A stretch of DNA of 43,674 nt from Bacteroidales bacterium (GTDB taxonomy: Bacteria > Bacteroidota > Bacteroidia > Bacteroidales > UBA12077), in contig JANQHR010000099.1 in the NCBI GenBank assembly GCA_028282585.1, positions 1-43,674 of the forward strand, written 5' to 3'. This document shows positions 1-10,738 of the stretch, in pieces. The notes under the pieces are model-generated. The model saw only the letters and a program-made list of their open reading frames with translations, did not search any database and was not told where the DNA came from. Positions within the stretch are counted from its first letter, which is position 1. Each line of letters starts with the position of its first letter. The translations under genes and the position numbers were made by a program.

Positions 1-56
1 TTTTCTTTAAAACAATCAACATGATCTGTTAATTTAATTTCTTTTTTCTGTTGCAT
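1..56 (-). CDS. Partial CDS running off the left edge (MQQKKEIKLTDHVDCFKE...), product unknown
   Basis: ATG at 56 on the minus strand, frame open to the edge; lies downstream of the terminator at 104-128. Confidence 0.4.
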   Translation of the reverse strand, partial: MQQKKEIKLTDHVDCFKE

Positions 57-103
57 TTTACTTGAATTTTGTGTCAAGTTATTTCAGAATATTACAAACT
101 TAT

Positions 104-128
104 AAAAAAGCCCCGAATTGATCGAGGC
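104..128 (-). terminator. Intrinsic terminator after the M14 peptidase
   Basis: Minus strand GCCTCGA-TCAAT-TCGGGGC followed by TTTTTT. Confidence 0.75.
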
Positions 129-154
129 CCATGTTTTATTCTAACTTCCAAATT

Positions 155-1897
155 CTAATTAAGTATTCTTCCAACCGGATATATATCCTTTTGATCATCC
201 CAATAAGGAGTTAAAGCATAAAACCAGAATAGTTTTGCCCACTGGTTATTATACTTCTCAGGATCTTCTTTTACTGCTTGCTTATATTGGTCGAGTAACT
301 CAGGTTTTTCTTTGATCATTTCACGAGCCATTTTCTCCATTACATAGGTTTCGACATATTCTTTTCGTTCAAATATAGTGTTGAAGAACCCCCAGCGAAC
401 GAATGAATCAGGGCCAACAGGTTCCAGCATATGAGCAATTATTTTTGCTGCTCTTTGATTTGTAGGCACAATAACAGAACCCGCGGCATAAACCTTCTTA
501 GTTTTAATTTCATTTAAATCAAAATTCTGTACCATTTGTCTGCCTTCATAAGGGCTCGAAGCAAATTGTACATTGCTAAAGCGATATGTTTCAACCTCTA
601 TTTCCTTGCTTTCTTCTAAAACAGTATAATCAATTCCGTGTGCTTTAATGCGTTCTATCACTTCCGTCCATTCAACTGGTATTATGTATGATTCAGGAAT
701 TTTAGCAGAAGCACCAGGCATTAATTTTTCAAATAGAACCAATTCATAATCTTTTGGTTTATCACTAAATTGTACCCATATACCATCGCTTAGATCACTA
801 TGTACAATTTCATATTCAACTCCTATGAATTTAACAGTTGTACTATCCTCCTGAGAGGTATAATAATTCAGCACGAATTGTTTCCCTGCTAATTCTTTTG
901 CTTCTTGATCCGCTTTTAGGTTTATTTTCCGGATATTCTTGTGTTCTTTGTCAACAAAAGCAATGGAGTGTTTCAGTAAATGATAAGTTGCATCCACTCG
1001 TGTTTTGTAATCTTTTAACATATGTGTTTCAACCAGTAAAGCCGGACGGTTCTGATATGCCGAATATCCTGTTGAGTATCTTGGAGAAGCTGTTCTTCTG
1101 ATTAACCCACTTCTTGGATCGTGCCATCTTCGGAAAGATACATATGGAAACATTAAAACCTTATCATTCAAAAGATCTTTTTCAATTTTATCTAAATACT
1201 TTTTTTGCCATTCGGTATGTTCCTTGTTCATATCACCCATTGTCAGCATTCCATACGTCATTTGGTATTGATAATCAGCGCCATTAGTTGTGTGGATATC
1301 CATCAGCATATCGGGTAACCATTTATTAAATAATGTAAGCCATTGTTGCATTTCAACGGCATCAGCTTTTAAAAAATCCCGGTTTAAATTTAAATTGTTG
1401 GCAGTAGTTCGCCAACCCATTTCTTTCGGACCATTCTGATTAATTCTGTTATAAGGACCAAAACGTTCATGACCATCGGTATTAAAGATTGGGATAAAAA
1501 GGAGGGTCGTATTTTCTAATAGATCTTCATATTTCTTGTAAACCACAATATCTCTAATAAGCATAAAACCGGCCTCTTTTCCTTCCGATTCACCAGGATG
1601 TATACATGCTTGTACCAATAAAACCGCATTACCTGATTTTCTTGCACTTTCGGGGGTAAAGTTTTTATTCTTATCAACAATTAGTAACGGTAAATCTCTT
1701 CCCTGCAGACTCTTGCCGAAAGTTGTATATTCGATAAATTCTGACGAAGCTGCTAAAGTTTTAGCATACCTGATTGTTTCATCATACCTGGGGGTTTCAA
1801 GATAGTTTGATTTTTCGTAGTAGGTTAACAAATTATTTTGCCCGTGTATTGTGAATTGAACAACTACAAGAATTATAAATATAAGCGTTTTTTTCAT
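155..1897 (-). CDS. Secreted M14-family zinc carboxypeptidase
   Basis: Signal peptide; IHPGESEGKE (HxxE), NLNRDF, DIHTT and VETH motifs typical of M14. Confidence 0.88.
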   Translation of the reverse strand: MKKTLIFIILVVVQFTIHGQNNLLTYYEKSNYLETPRYDETIRYAKTLAASSEFIEYTTFGKSLQGRDLPLLIVDKNKNFTPESARKSGNAVLLVQACIHPGESEGKEAGFMLIRDIVVYKKYEDLLENTTLLFIPIFNTDGHERFGPYNRINQNGPKEMGWRTTANNLNLNRDFLKADAVEMQQWLTLFNKWLPDMLMDIHTTNGADYQYQMTYGMLTMGDMNKEHTEWQKKYLDKIEKDLLNDKVLMFPYVSFRRWHDPRSGLIRRTASPRYSTGYSAYQNRPALLVETHMLKDYKTRVDATYHLLKHSIAFVDKEHKNIRKINLKADQEAKELAGKQFVLNYYTSQEDSTTVKFIGVEYEIVHSDLSDGIWVQFSDKPKDYELVLFEKLMPGASAKIPESYIIPVEWTEVIERIKAHGIDYTVLEESKEIEVETYRFSNVQFASSPYEGRQMVQNFDLNEIKTKKVYAAGSVIVPTNQRAAKIIAHMLEPVGPDSFVRWGFFNTIFERKEYVETYVMEKMAREMIKEKPELLDQYKQAVKEDPEKYNNQWAKLFWFYALTPYWDDQKDIYPVGRILN

Positions 1898-2074
1898 CGG
1901 TTTAATCTTTCATTTAATTTTAGATAAGACATTCATTCATAAATAAAGTTTAAAGATACCTGATTTGCTCTATAATTGATTTTAAATCTCTTTGTTTATT
2001 TTTTAACCTCAAACTTTTAACTTTATCTTCCATCATATAATAATTCCTTAACAGTAAAAATCTTTTTAATTTAT

Positions 2075-2082
2075 TATATTTG
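2075..2082 (+). promoter_or_regulatory. Bacteroidota -7 promoter element for the A2M-pbpC operon
   Basis: TATATTTG matches TAnnTTTG, about 30 bp before the ATG. Confidence 0.55.
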
Positions 2083-2113
2083 ATCTAATTACTCAAAATT
2101 TAAAATTAACCCA

Positions 2114-5100
2114 ATGAAAAAGAAAACTATTATTATTTCGGCATTAGTTTTTATTTTACTAATTGCTGTAGGTTACTTATTTTTAACTAAAAAAACCTCA
2201 AAAAAACCACAAAAAATTGATCCTGGATTTACAAGTTATATTTCAGGTTTTACTTCAGGTACAGTATCAAGCCAATCATATATTAGAGTTGTTTTGCTGG
2301 ATGGAGTTCCGGAAATTGAAGATAATACCGAAGCACCAAAAGGTATTTTAAATTTTAAACCGGCCTTAAGGGGACAAGCTTTATGGATTAACGATAGAAC
2401 GATAGAATTTAGGCCTGATGAACCCTTACCTTCAGGGCAAATGTTTAAGGCTGAGTTCAACCTGGGAAAAGTAAAACAGGTTCCTGCCAAATTACAAAAG
2501 TTCGATTTTGATTTTCAAGTAATAAAGCAATCGTTCGTAACATATGTAAAGGGTATTAAACCATACGATAAAAAGAATTTAAAATTACAATCATTAGTTG
2601 GAGATATTAAGACTGCTGATTTTGCCAGTGCTGAAGACATTGAGAATATCTTAGAAGCAAAACAAGGTAGCAAAATATTGTCTGTTAAATGGATGTCGAA
2701 TGCGGAAGGAAAAGAACATATGTTTCAAGTTGATTCCATAAAAAGAACAGAGCAGCAGGAAACTGTAATATTAAAATGGAAAGGAGAAGTTATTGGTTCG
2801 GATGAAAAAGCTGAAGATAAAGTAGATATACCTGCGTTAGGCGATTTCAAAATAATGAATATAGCTGTTACACAACAACCTTCTCAATTTATAACCTTGT
2901 CTTTTTCTGATCCGTTAAATGAAAGACAAAATCTGGATGGATTAATTCGTTTGGAAAATGGAACATCCCTGCGTTTTATTATAGAAGATAATGATGTAAA
3001 GATTTATCCAAACGTAAGACAGTTATCTACCTCGAGATTGATTGTTGATCCGGGTATAAAGAACATTTTAGGATATAAACTAAAAGAATCATTTACTTCC
3101 AGTGTCGAATTTCAGAGCATAAAACCTAAAGTTAAACTTATCGGCAAAGGAAATATACTTCCGAGTTCAAATGGATTAATTTTTCCGTTTAAATCGGTGA
3201 ACTTAAGCGCTGTAAATGTTCGAATTATTAAAATATATGAGAATAATATTTTACAGTTTTTTCAGGAAAATCATTATAATGGTTATGATCGTTTAAAAAG
3301 AGTTGGTAGAATTGTATTTAATGACGAAGTTCCGCTTACGGCCGATCGTGCGGTTGATTATGGTCAATGGAACACATTTTCACTCGACTTATCTAAGCTT
3401 ATTCAGACAGAACCAGGTGCGATTTATCGGGTACAAATCAACTTTGATAAATCGCAATCGCTATATCCTTGTTCAGGAGAAGAAGAAGAAATTGATGAAT
3501 TTGAAGAAAAGGAAGAGGAAGTTGATCTTAGTGATGTTGATTATTGGGCCTGGAGCGGATATGATACCTATGATTATTCCTATGATTATAGTTGGAGAGA
3601 TCGTGATGATCCATGTTCCAAATCATATTACATGCGCAACAACCAACTGGTTTCAAGAAATGTACTGGCATCCGATCTGGGTATAATTGCAAAAGGCGGT
3701 AACGGTAAGGAAATGTTTTTTGCGGTTACTGATTTAATAACAACAGAACCCTTATCTGGCGTAAATGTAGAGATTTATAATTTCCAACAACAAAAAATTG
3801 CATCGACTACTACCGGAAGCGATGGTATGGCAAAAATTGAGATGAATAAGAAACCATTTATATTGGTTGCTAAAAAAGGAACTCAATTTGGTTATTTAAG
3901 ATTAGACGAAGGTTCAGCACTATCGTTGAGTATGTTTAATGTAGGAGGTAACAGATCAAACAAAGGGATCAAAGGTTACATATATGGTGAACGTGGTGTT
4001 TGGAGGCCGGGAGACTCTCTATTTGTAAGTTTTGTTTTAGAAGATAAAAACGATGTACTTCCTGAAAGCCACCCTGTGGTATTTGACTTGATTGATCCTC
4101 GTGGTCAAGTATATTCGCGTCAGGTTAAATCGGAAAGCGTTGGCGGAATATATGATTTCCGCACTAGTACAACAAACGATGCACCAACCGGTAATTGGTT
4201 AGCAAAAATCAAAGTTGGTGGATCGGTATTTGAAAAAACACTTAAAATTGAAACTATCAAGCCAAATCGCCTAAAATTAGAGTTAGATTTTGGTCAGGAT
4301 ATTTTAACACGAAATTTCACCGGACAAGGTGAATTAAGTGTTAAATGGCTTCATGGTGCAGTTGCTTCCAATTTAAGTGCTGATATCGAAATGAAACTAT
4401 CTAAAACAAAAACAGCTTTTAAAGATTATCCTGGTTTTATTTTTGATGATCCTTCGAAGGAATATTACGGCGATGAATATATGGTATTTGATGGACAATT
4501 GGATGCAAACGGACAAGCAAGTTTCTCTCCGTCATTATATGCTCAAAGTAATGCACCCGGCATGCTCAAGGCCGGCTTTAAAATGCGTGCTTTCGAAGCA
4601 AGCGGTGAATTTAGCATAGGCTCAAAATCAATCCTTTATTCTCCTTATTCCAGTTATGTTGGTGTGAAAATTCCTGAAGGGAAAGGGTGGAACGGTGCTT
4701 TAATGTCTGATAAAGCTCATACTGTTCCTCTTGTTACTGTTGATGAAAATGGGAATCCTGTGAGCAGAAATAACTTAAAAGTAAAAGTATACAAATTACG
4801 CTGGAGATGGTGGTGGGAGCGTAATGAAAATGATGATGTTGCAAGGTATATAAGAAATACAAGCAGTACGCTTGAATTTACAACCAATGCCTCAACAAAG
4901 AATGGAGAGGGTAACTTTGAGCTAAAGTTGAAGAAGAATTATTGGGGTAGGATGTTGGTGATGGTTACTGATCCTGCGAGTGGTCATAGTACCGGTAAGA
5001 TTATTTATATGGATTACTCAGGGTGGTGGGCAAGAAAAGATAAAGACGCACCGGGCGGTGCAACCATGTTAACGTTTGCTTTGGATAAAAAATCATACCA

Positions 5101-7699
5101 GGTTGGTGAACAGGCAGTAATAACTTTTCCTTCATCGGCAGGAGGAAGAGCATTGGTAAGCATAGAATCAGGTTCAAATGTGGTTGGTGCAAATTGGGTT
5201 AAGACCATGGATGGTTCAACAAGCTATAAATTTGATGTGACCGAAGAAATGGCTCCGAATGTATACATTCACGTATCATTAATACAACCGCATAATCAAG
5301 CCATAAATGATTTACCAATTCGTTTGTATGGTGTGCAACCTATGATGGTTGAAAATCCGGAAACACACTTAAAACCACTAATTTCAATGCCTGATGTATT
5401 AGAACCAAATGGTGATGTAACTATTCAGGTAAGCGAAGAATTTGGCCAGGAAATGTATTATACACTAGCTGTCGTAGATGATGGTTTATTGGATTTAACA
5501 AATTTCACTACTCCAAATGCATGGAATCATTTCTATGCGCGCGATGCTCTGGGAGTAAACACATGGGATATGTATGATTATGTAATGGGAGCATTTTCAG
5601 GAGAAATGGCCGGATTATTGGAGATTGGTGGTGATGAGTTTGAAGATAAGGAAGAGGCTAAGCAAGCCAATCGTTTTAAACCTGTAGTTAAATTCTTGGG
5701 CCCATTTAAGCTGAAATCGGGTGGTAAAGCTAAACATTCATTCACTATGCCTAATTACGTTGGATCGGTAAGAACCATGGTAGTTGCGTCAAATAATGGA
5801 GCATATGGTTCAACTGAAAAAACAACACCTGTAAAGAAACCTTTAATGGTTTTAGCTACTTTACCACGCGTTGTCGGGCCAGATGAGCAGGTCAAACTTC
5901 CTGTAACGGTATTTGCAATGGATCCTTCAATAAAAAATGTAAAAGTAAGTATTGAATCTAATGAATTGCTGATAGCACAGGGAACAACAAAACAAAATAT
6001 TCTATTCGAAAAAGAAGGGGATCAGGTAGTTTATTTTGACTATCAAGTTGCTTCCGAACTGGGAATTGGAAAAGTAAAAGTTATTGCCGAAAGTGGAAAA
6101 GAAAAGGCAGAATATGAAATAGAGCTTGACGTTAGGGCATCAAACCCGAGAATTTCGAAAGTAATTAGCACAGCTATAGATCCTGGTCAGACCTGGACCG
6201 AATCTTATCAGGCTATTGGTATTAAAGGTACTAATAACGGACTACTCGAAGTTTCGAGAATTGTTCCGATAAATCTGGAAAATCGCCTTAAGTTCTTAAT
6301 AAGATATCCACACGGCTGTATAGAGCAAACTACTTCATCAGTATTTCCTCAATTGTTCCTAGGTAATTTTATGGAGTTGACCCAGTCAGAAAAGAACGAA
6401 ATTGAGCAGAACATCAAGGCCGGAATAGATCGTTTAAGAACTTTCCAACAGCCTGATGGAGGTATGAGTTATTGGCCGGGAAATTATGATGGATCTAATG
6501 AATGGGGAAGTAATTATGCAGGACATTTCTTATTGGAAGCTAAAGAAAAAGGTTATGATTTACCAATTGGCTGGTTAGATGCCTGGGTTAAATATCAAAA
6601 GAAAACAGCAAGAAAATGGTCCCCTGATCGATCCGGATCAAAATATCATTATTATAATCGAAATGACCTTATCCAGGCATATAGATTATATACACTTGCT
6701 CTAGCCGGCGAACCATCATTATCTGCAATGAATCGCATGAGAGAAATGAATGGACTATCTGTTCAAGCCAAATGGCGTTTGGCAGCTGCCTATTTCTTAG
6801 CAGGAAAATCTGAAGTTGCAGAAGAAATTATTAAAGATAGCGAAACCACAATCAAAGAATACAAAGAGTTTGGTTATACCTATGGTTCTTCACAACGAGA
6901 TCAGGCAATGATTATTGAAGCCCTTGCTTTAATGAATAATCGCGCAAAAGCCAAATCATTAATTGATGATTTAGCGAAAGATCTGGGTTCTAATCGTTGG
7001 TATAGTACCCAGACAACGGCATATAGTTTAATTGCAATATCTAAGTTCCTGGGATCCGATTCTGAAGATAAAACCTTAAAATTTGCTTATAAACTGAATA
7101 ACGAAAAACAAAAGAATGCCGTTACCGAAATGCCATTAGCTCAGTTTAAGTTGGACACGAAAAATAATCCTGATGGAACGGTAAGTGTTACAAATAATGG
7201 AAAAGCAGTTGTATTTGCACGAATTATGCTTGATGGAATTCCTTCAACAAGCGAAGAAATATCATCTGAAAGTGATCTAAGAATGACTGTTCGTTACCTA
7301 AATATGGATGGTTACGAAATTAATGCAGACAGGATTATCCAAGGTACAGATTTAATAGCTGAAGTTACAGTGCACCATCCCGGAATTAGAACAGACTATC
7401 AGGAAATGGCATTGAATCAGATATTCCCTTCAGGATGGGAAATTAGAAATACCCGTATGGATGAATTTGATGTAAGTTATGCCGGTGATAAACCGGAATA
7501 TCAGGATATTCGAGACGATAGGGTTTATACGTATTTTGATTTAAGAAAGAATGAGCGAAAAACATTTAGAATACAATTGAATGCTGCTTATTTAGGGAAG
7601 TTTTATCTTCCAACCGTATATTGTGAAGCAATGTATGATAACGAAGTGAATGCGAAGAAGGCAGGAAAATGGATTGAAGTCATTGAACCTGGTAAATAA
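2114..7699 (+). CDS. Bacterial alpha-2-macroglobulin (MG2 domain protein)
   Basis: 1861 aa; N-terminal membrane anchor; ERGVWRPG; RFKPVV bait-region flank; thioester motif YPHGCIEQTTS; DIRDDRV; followed by pbpC as is typical. Confidence 0.95.
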   Translation: MKKKTIIISALVFILLIAVGYLFLTKKTSKKPQKIDPGFTSYISGFTSGTVSSQSYIRVVLLDGVPEIEDNTEAPKGILNFKPALRGQALWINDRTIEFRPDEPLPSGQMFKAEFNLGKVKQVPAKLQKFDFDFQVIKQSFVTYVKGIKPYDKKNLKLQSLVGDIKTADFASAEDIENILEAKQGSKILSVKWMSNAEGKEHMFQVDSIKRTEQQETVILKWKGEVIGSDEKAEDKVDIPALGDFKIMNIAVTQQPSQFITLSFSDPLNERQNLDGLIRLENGTSLRFIIEDNDVKIYPNVRQLSTSRLIVDPGIKNILGYKLKESFTSSVEFQSIKPKVKLIGKGNILPSSNGLIFPFKSVNLSAVNVRIIKIYENNILQFFQENHYNGYDRLKRVGRIVFNDEVPLTADRAVDYGQWNTFSLDLSKLIQTEPGAIYRVQINFDKSQSLYPCSGEEEEIDEFEEKEEEVDLSDVDYWAWSGYDTYDYSYDYSWRDRDDPCSKSYYMRNNQLVSRNVLASDLGIIAKGGNGKEMFFAVTDLITTEPLSGVNVEIYNFQQQKIASTTTGSDGMAKIEMNKKPFILVAKKGTQFGYLRLDEGSALSLSMFNVGGNRSNKGIKGYIYGERGVWRPGDSLFVSFVLEDKNDVLPESHPVVFDLIDPRGQVYSRQVKSESVGGIYDFRTSTTNDAPTGNWLAKIKVGGSVFEKTLKIETIKPNRLKLELDFGQDILTRNFTGQGELSVKWLHGAVASNLSADIEMKLSKTKTAFKDYPGFIFDDPSKEYYGDEYMVFDGQLDANGQASFSPSLYAQSNAPGMLKAGFKMRAFEASGEFSIGSKSILYSPYSSYVGVKIPEGKGWNGALMSDKAHTVPLVTVDENGNPVSRNNLKVKVYKLRWRWWWERNENDDVARYIRNTSSTLEFTTNASTKNGEGNFELKLKKNYWGRMLVMVTDPASGHSTGKIIYMDYSGWWARKDKDAPGGATMLTFALDKKSYQVGEQAVITFPSSAGGRALVSIESGSNVVGANWVKTMDGSTSYKFDVTEEMAPNVYIHVSLIQPHNQAINDLPIRLYGVQPMMVENPETHLKPLISMPDVLEPNGDVTIQVSEEFGQEMYYTLAVVDDGLLDLTNFTTPNAWNHFYARDALGVNTWDMYDYVMGAFSGEMAGLLEIGGDEFEDKEEAKQANRFKPVVKFLGPFKLKSGGKAKHSFTMPNYVGSVRTMVVASNNGAYGSTEKTTPVKKPLMVLATLPRVVGPDEQVKLPVTVFAMDPSIKNVKVSIESNELLIAQGTTKQNILFEKEGDQVVYFDYQVASELGIGKVKVIAESGKEKAEYEIELDVRASNPRISKVISTAIDPGQTWTESYQAIGIKGTNNGLLEVSRIVPINLENRLKFLIRYPHGCIEQTTSSVFPQLFLGNFMELTQSEKNEIEQNIKAGIDRLRTFQQPDGGMSYWPGNYDGSNEWGSNYAGHFLLEAKEKGYDLPIGWLDAWVKYQKKTARKWSPDRSGSKYHYYNRNDLIQAYRLYTLALAGEPSLSAMNRMREMNGLSVQAKWRLAAAYFLAGKSEVAEEIIKDSETTIKEYKEFGYTYGSSQRDQAMIIEALALMNNRAKAKSLIDDLAKDLGSNRWYSTQTTAYSLIAISKFLGSDSEDKTLKFAYKLNNEKQKNAVTEMPLAQFKLDTKNNPDGTVSVTNNGKAVVFARIMLDGIPSTSEEISSESDLRMTVRYLNMDGYEINADRIIQGTDLIAEVTVHHPGIRTDYQEMALNQIFPSGWEIRNTRMDEFDVSYAGDKPEYQDIRDDRVYTYFDLRKNERKTFRIQLNAAYLGKFYLPTVYCEAMYDNEVNAKKAGKWIEVIEPGK

Positions 7700-7708
7700 A
7701 AAATACAG

Positions 7709-7823
7709 AGTCATTACTATGCAACCTGGTTTTATAATTAGGATGCAGAAGTAATCTATAAATCAAGAACTGGTATTTAAAGATTCCTTCGTCCTGTTTA
7801 AATTAAAGGACGAAGGAATGACT
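7709..7823. repeat. REP/RPE-like double-hairpin palindromic element
   Basis: Outer IR AGTCATT/AATGACT; inner GAAGTAATCT...AGATTCCTTC; right hairpin has a perfect 13-bp stem ATTCCTTCGTCCT/AGGACGAAGGAAT. Confidence 0.7.
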
Positions 7824-7843
7824 ACCGTTCCTCTTTTCTTATT

Positions 7844-10207
7844 ATGTTAAAGCAATACTTTAAAATAAAATATATCTTTTCTGCTGTAGCAGTATTATTG
7901 CTATTTTGGTATGCTTTCTGCTTACCCAAGCCACTATTTAATGATCCAACAAGTACTGTTTTGGTTGATAACCAAAATCAATTACTAGCTGCTAAAATCG
8001 CTAAAGATGGTCAATGGCGCTTCCCTGACATTGATTCGATACCGTATAAATTTGAAAAAGCACTTTTATATTTTGAAGATGAGTATTTCTATAAGCATCC
8101 TGGTATAAATCCGGTTTCGCTGTATCGTGCAACCAGGCAAAATATCAAAGCGGGAAGAATTGTTAGTGGAGGTAGTACATTAACTATGCAGGTTATAAGG
8201 CTTTCGAGAAAAGGTAAACCCAGAAATGTTTATCAAAAACTAGTTGAATGTATTTTAGCAACACGAACCGAAATAAAGTATTCTAAAGAGGAAATATTAC
8301 AACTCTATGCATCTAATGCTCCTTTCGGAGGAAATGTGGTTGGATTAGAAGCAGCATCATGGAGATATTTCCGGCAAACACCTAAGAATCTTTCATGGGC
8401 AGAAGCAGCATTATTAGCAGTATTACCAAATTCTCCGGCATTAATTCACCCGGGAAGAAACAGAGATGAGCTTAAAAAGAAGAGAGATTTTTTATTAAAA
8501 AAACTATTTGATAAAAAGATAATAGATGAACTGGATCTTGAACTTGCGTTAGAAGAACCTTTACCAGATAAGCCTTATTCGTTACCACAAAAGACCATGC
8601 ATTTATTAAATAGAGCCATTAAAGATGGTTATAAAGGAGATTATGTGCATTCTACAATAGACGGTTATCTTCAGGATCGAACTGAAGAAGTAGTTAAAAG
8701 ACATTATAATACATTGAAATTAAATCAAATACACAATGCGGCCGCAATTGTTATAGATGTTAAGACAGGTAATGTATTAGCGTATATCGGAAATACTTAT
8801 GATGCAAATAATTCACATGAAAACCATGTTGATATAATTGATTCGCCAAGAAGTACAGGTAGTATACTTAAGCCTTTATTATTTGCATGCATGCAGATGG
8901 ACGGAACTATTTTACCGGAAACACTTATAGCAGATATTCCAACTCAGATTTCGGGTTACACACCGAAAAATTTCTATAGAACATATGATGGTGCAGTACC
9001 TGCTAGCGAGGCTCTATACAGGTCGTTAAATATTCCAGCCGTAAGAATGTTGCAACAATATGGCCTTGATAAGTTTCATCATAAACTAAAAAAATTAAAG
9101 TTAAGCACAATAAATAAACCGGCTGACCATTATGGATTATCAATCATTTTAGGAGGTGCAGAGGGCAATTTATGGGAAATAACAGGTGTTTATGCCAGTA
9201 TGGCCAGAACACTTAACCACTTCAATAATTACAGTTCGAAATATAATAAGCAAGACTTTCATGCACCGAATTACGATTTGAACAAAACCATTTATCCTGC
9301 AAAAAGAGGAGAAAATGATATAAGTGTATTAGATGCAGGTTCGATATGGCTTACATTTGAGACTTTAACAAATGTAAACAGGCCATTCCAGGAAACTGGT
9401 TGGGAAAGTTATGTGTCATCAAGAAATATAGCATGGAAAACGGGAACAAGCTTTGGTTTTCGTGATGGGTGGGCAGTTGGTGTTACTCCTTATTATGCGG
9501 TTGGAGTTTGGATCGGGAACGCAACAGGAGAAGGCAGGCCCGGACTCACAGGTTTAAATACCGCAGGTCCCCTGTTATTCGATATATTTAAGCTTTTGCC
9601 CTCCAATACGTGGTTTAATCCACCATATGATGAATTAGTTAAGGTTCCGGTTTGTAAAAAGAGTGGGCACAGAGCTTCAAAATATTGCCTTGAAACTGAT
9701 TCGGTTTTTATTCATATTTCAGGATTAAAATCAGTACAATGTAATTATCATAAACTAATTAATTTAGATAAAAATGGCTTTAGAGTAAATAGTGATTGCA
9801 GGAGCGTATATGAAATTCATCAGGAGCCATGGTTTGTTTTACCACCTGTGCAAGAGTGGTATTATAGAAGCAGGCATTCTGATTATAAAGTTCTGCCACC
9901 GTTTGCATCGGATTGTGACCCTGTAGAAGAAACAAGAATGATGGATATTATTTATCCTAAGCATTTATCTCGCATTTTTATTCCGATTGATCTGGATGGA
10001 ACTGTTAGTGAAGTAGTATTTCAGGTTGCACATAGAAATCGTGAATCAACAATTTTTTGGCATTTAGATGATAATTATATTGGTAAAACACAAGGAATAC
10101 ATGAAATGAGCCTTAACCCTGAACCAGGGAAACATTTACTTACTCTTGTTGATGAAAAAGGAGAGATTCTAATTCGTGAATTCGAGATTTTAGGTAAAAC
10201 TAATTAA
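7844..10207 (+). CDS. pbpC: Penicillin-binding protein 1C
   Basis: Transglycosylase motifs FEDEYFYKHPG and GGSTLTMQ; transpeptidase SILK, SLN and KTGT; C-terminal PBP1C domain; adjacent to A2M. Confidence 0.95.
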   Translation: MLKQYFKIKYIFSAVAVLLLFWYAFCLPKPLFNDPTSTVLVDNQNQLLAAKIAKDGQWRFPDIDSIPYKFEKALLYFEDEYFYKHPGINPVSLYRATRQNIKAGRIVSGGSTLTMQVIRLSRKGKPRNVYQKLVECILATRTEIKYSKEEILQLYASNAPFGGNVVGLEAASWRYFRQTPKNLSWAEAALLAVLPNSPALIHPGRNRDELKKKRDFLLKKLFDKKIIDELDLELALEEPLPDKPYSLPQKTMHLLNRAIKDGYKGDYVHSTIDGYLQDRTEEVVKRHYNTLKLNQIHNAAAIVIDVKTGNVLAYIGNTYDANNSHENHVDIIDSPRSTGSILKPLLFACMQMDGTILPETLIADIPTQISGYTPKNFYRTYDGAVPASEALYRSLNIPAVRMLQQYGLDKFHHKLKKLKLSTINKPADHYGLSIILGGAEGNLWEITGVYASMARTLNHFNNYSSKYNKQDFHAPNYDLNKTIYPAKRGENDISVLDAGSIWLTFETLTNVNRPFQETGWESYVSSRNIAWKTGTSFGFRDGWAVGVTPYYAVGVWIGNATGEGRPGLTGLNTAGPLLFDIFKLLPSNTWFNPPYDELVKVPVCKKSGHRASKYCLETDSVFIHISGLKSVQCNYHKLINLDKNGFRVNSDCRSVYEIHQEPWFVLPPVQEWYYRSRHSDYKVLPPFASDCDPVEETRMMDIIYPKHLSRIFIPIDLDGTVSEVVFQVAHRNRESTIFWHLDDNYIGKTQGIHEMSLNPEPGKHLLTLVDEKGEILIREFEILGKTN

Positions 10208-10541
10208 TAATCAATATTTCGTCTACTTGTTCTCCATTATCGTCATATATAATTGAATATACGCCAATTTCGAATTCTTTAACTTCTAAAATCATTACGA
10301 TACTAACTTCCACGCAAGGAGCATTATAATCAATATTGTCCAAATGCACAGAAACATTTTTTAGTTTTATTCCAATGTCTTCAATCTGTATTTTATCATG
10401 GAGAATTTTTCTTAATTCATTTACATCATCACCTGTAAATGCATCTGCCAAAATACCACTTAAATTAGTTAACGTTTCTTCAATAAGTTGATCTTTGGTT
10501 TTACTTTGAAAGACAATACTTTCAATCTTTTCTAGTGTCAT
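10200..10541 (-). CDS. Hypothetical protein (acidic, 113 aa)
   Basis: Open frame with protein-like composition, convergent on pbpC with 8-bp overlap; start uncertain. Confidence 0.55.
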   Translation of the reverse strand: MTLEKIESIVFQSKTKDQLIEETLTNLSGILADAFTGDDVNELRKILHDKIQIEDIGIKLKNVSVHLDNIDYNAPCVEVSIVMILEVKEFEIGVYSIIYDDNGEQVDEILIIN

Positions 10542-10738
10542 ATTTTAGGAAGTGTTAAATTCTATTCGAAAATAAAGAAAGTATTTTATATTAAAAAACG
10601 ATACAGCTATCAATAGCAATTTGCGTATATAAATTCCAATAAAATTATATTTTAAAACATATTTTTATTCCACATTCAAAAACTGAATTTGATTATATTC
10701 GAATTTTACGTAATTAACCATTTAAATTTAAAAGTATT

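Noticed and set aside
2114-10207. A2M-pbpC pair as a novel system
   Set aside because: Well-known conserved envelope-protection operon
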